From: an uncultured Planctomycetota bacterium
GTDB lineage: Bacteria; Planctomycetota; Planctomycetia; Isosphaerales; Isosphaeraceae
Direction: 5' to 3'
NCBI GenBank assembly: GCA_963823665.1
Contig: CAWGMQ010000006.1
Coordinates: 1,088,001 to 1,152,000 of the forward strand
Length of the DNA: 64,000 nt
Of the stretch, positions 63,003-64,000 are shown piece after piece. The notes under the pieces are model-generated. The model had not been told where the DNA came from and made no database searches. It worked only from the letters and a program-made list of their open reading frames with translations. Each line of letters begins with the position of its first letter. Position 1 is the first letter of the stretch. The position numbers and the translations under genes were made by a program.

Positions 63003-64000
63003 TCATTCTTGTTCGTTCTTGGTGAATCGCAACGGTAAGTCCCGTGTTTCTCCCTCGGTAAGCTTGACGCGAGCGGACGCCTTGGAATTTCCGGGCGCCG
63101 TCGCGGCGATTTCAATTTCTTCGGCTGGCAGGACGAGCAGCCGAAGTTTCCCGTCGGTCCCTGGCGAGTGAGGTGGCGAAGAGTCGAAGACGACTCCGGC
63201 CGCTCGCATCTCGGCCTCGCGGACGTATCGGGCAGTCACTTTGATCTGTTCCGGGTGCGGCTCGCTCACGATGAACGAGATTGTGGTCATGCGATAGGGG
63301 CGGATCTGAATATCGGGGCGATCGGCTTCCACCCGGCCAAGATGATAGGCGGGACCGAATAGCTCGGGCGACTTCGAGTCGAGCCGGAACCGCTTGACCA
63401 TGTCGAGGACGAGGCCGTCGAGCACCAAGGTTGCGTCAGTCAGCCCTTTGGGCACGCGAACCGTGTACGTACCGGGTCGCTCGGCCGCGGCCGGGAACGT
63501 GTATTGGCTCGCCCATTCCACGCCGTGGTAGCTCCCTTTCACGGCGATCGCCGGCTCGGTCTGGTAGGCTGCCGCCAATGCGGCCGGGGCGCCACGAGGG
63601 GGTCGCACTTGCGCCCGGTCGGCCTCTGGACGGGCCTCGGGCAGCGGGCCGACCAGTGTCGCGGTGAAGCGGACGGACTCCACCGGGCGCAACGTCAGCT
63701 CGCGTACGGTTTGTCCGTCGCGGATGACGACGGGCACCGGTACATAAACTCCCGGCGCATCCTTGACCACGCTCGACGAGTCCTTGCCGTCCTCGGTCCG
63801 GTGAATGCCACCGACCTTGACCAGGTAAGTGCCAGGCGCGAGCCCGTCGCTCGCGAACCGACCCTCGTCGTCGGTCGTATAGACCAAGTTCGGCTGCGTG
63901 CCCGCGTCGGGCGTCGACGGTATGGTCATGCTGATCCACGGCACCGGCTTGCCAAGGGTGTCGACGACGAGGCCGGAAACCTTCTCGCCTCGGTGCACGC
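63003..64000 (-). CDS. Carboxypeptidase-regulatory-like domain protein, 5' end beyond the window
   Basis: VSGLVVDTLGKPV, TTDDEGRFASDGLAPGTYLV and C-terminal VKLTEGETRDL motifs. Confidence 0.75.
   Translation of the reverse strand, partial: VHRGEKVSGLVVDTLGKPVPWISMTIPSTPDAGTQPNLVYTTDDEGRFASDGLAPGTYLVKVGGIHRTEDGKDSSSVVKDAPGVYVPVPVVIRDGQTVRELTLRPVESVRFTATLVGPLPEARPEADRAQVRPPRGAPAALAAAYQTEPAIAVKGSYHGVEWASQYTFPAAAERPGTYTVRVPKGLTDATLVLDGLVLDMVKRFRLDSKSPELFGPAYHLGRVEADRPDIQIRPYRMTTISFIVSEPHPEQIKVTARYVREAEMRAAGVVFDSSPPHSPGTDGKLRLLVLPAEEIEIAATAPGNSKASARVKLTEGETRDLPLRFTKNEQE

Overview
GC-rich bacterial DNA with planctomycete hallmarks: two large exported proteins with the N-terminal LExRxLL motif, DUF1501/DUF1800, DWG-type Ser/Thr kinase-TPR, BlaI/M56 and ECF-type fusions. 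The gene style suggests Isosphaerales, which is an inference. Bases 1-21.4 kb are one giant (>7,100 aa, open at the left edge) minus-strand adhesin-like gene split by about 10 single-base indels. Similar indels in thiC and an FHA gene suggest read errors. Next come a hypothetical/DUF1800/DUF1501 operon, a Gly-rich exported protein, an HpcH aldolase and a kinase-TPR gene. Bases 36-45.7 kb are an eroded accessory zone: toxin-antitoxin, trehalose-phosphatase and helicase fragments, a BlaI/M56 pair with a clear promoter and double operator, REP-like hairpins, a microsatellite and an apparently complete IS110 element. For the IS110, a GAG core, a circle-junction promoter and a bridge-RNA-like fold can be read from the sequence. 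The right part holds a tandem cyclase-family protein, FHA, fliW-csrA with no flagellar genes nearby, thiC, a kinase/dead-cyclase/STAND-type ATPase/TPR protein, molybdenum-related genes and a sigma-region-4-only LRR fusion. No rRNA, tRNA or CRISPR array was seen. All family calls come from motif recognition by eye, not from database searches.
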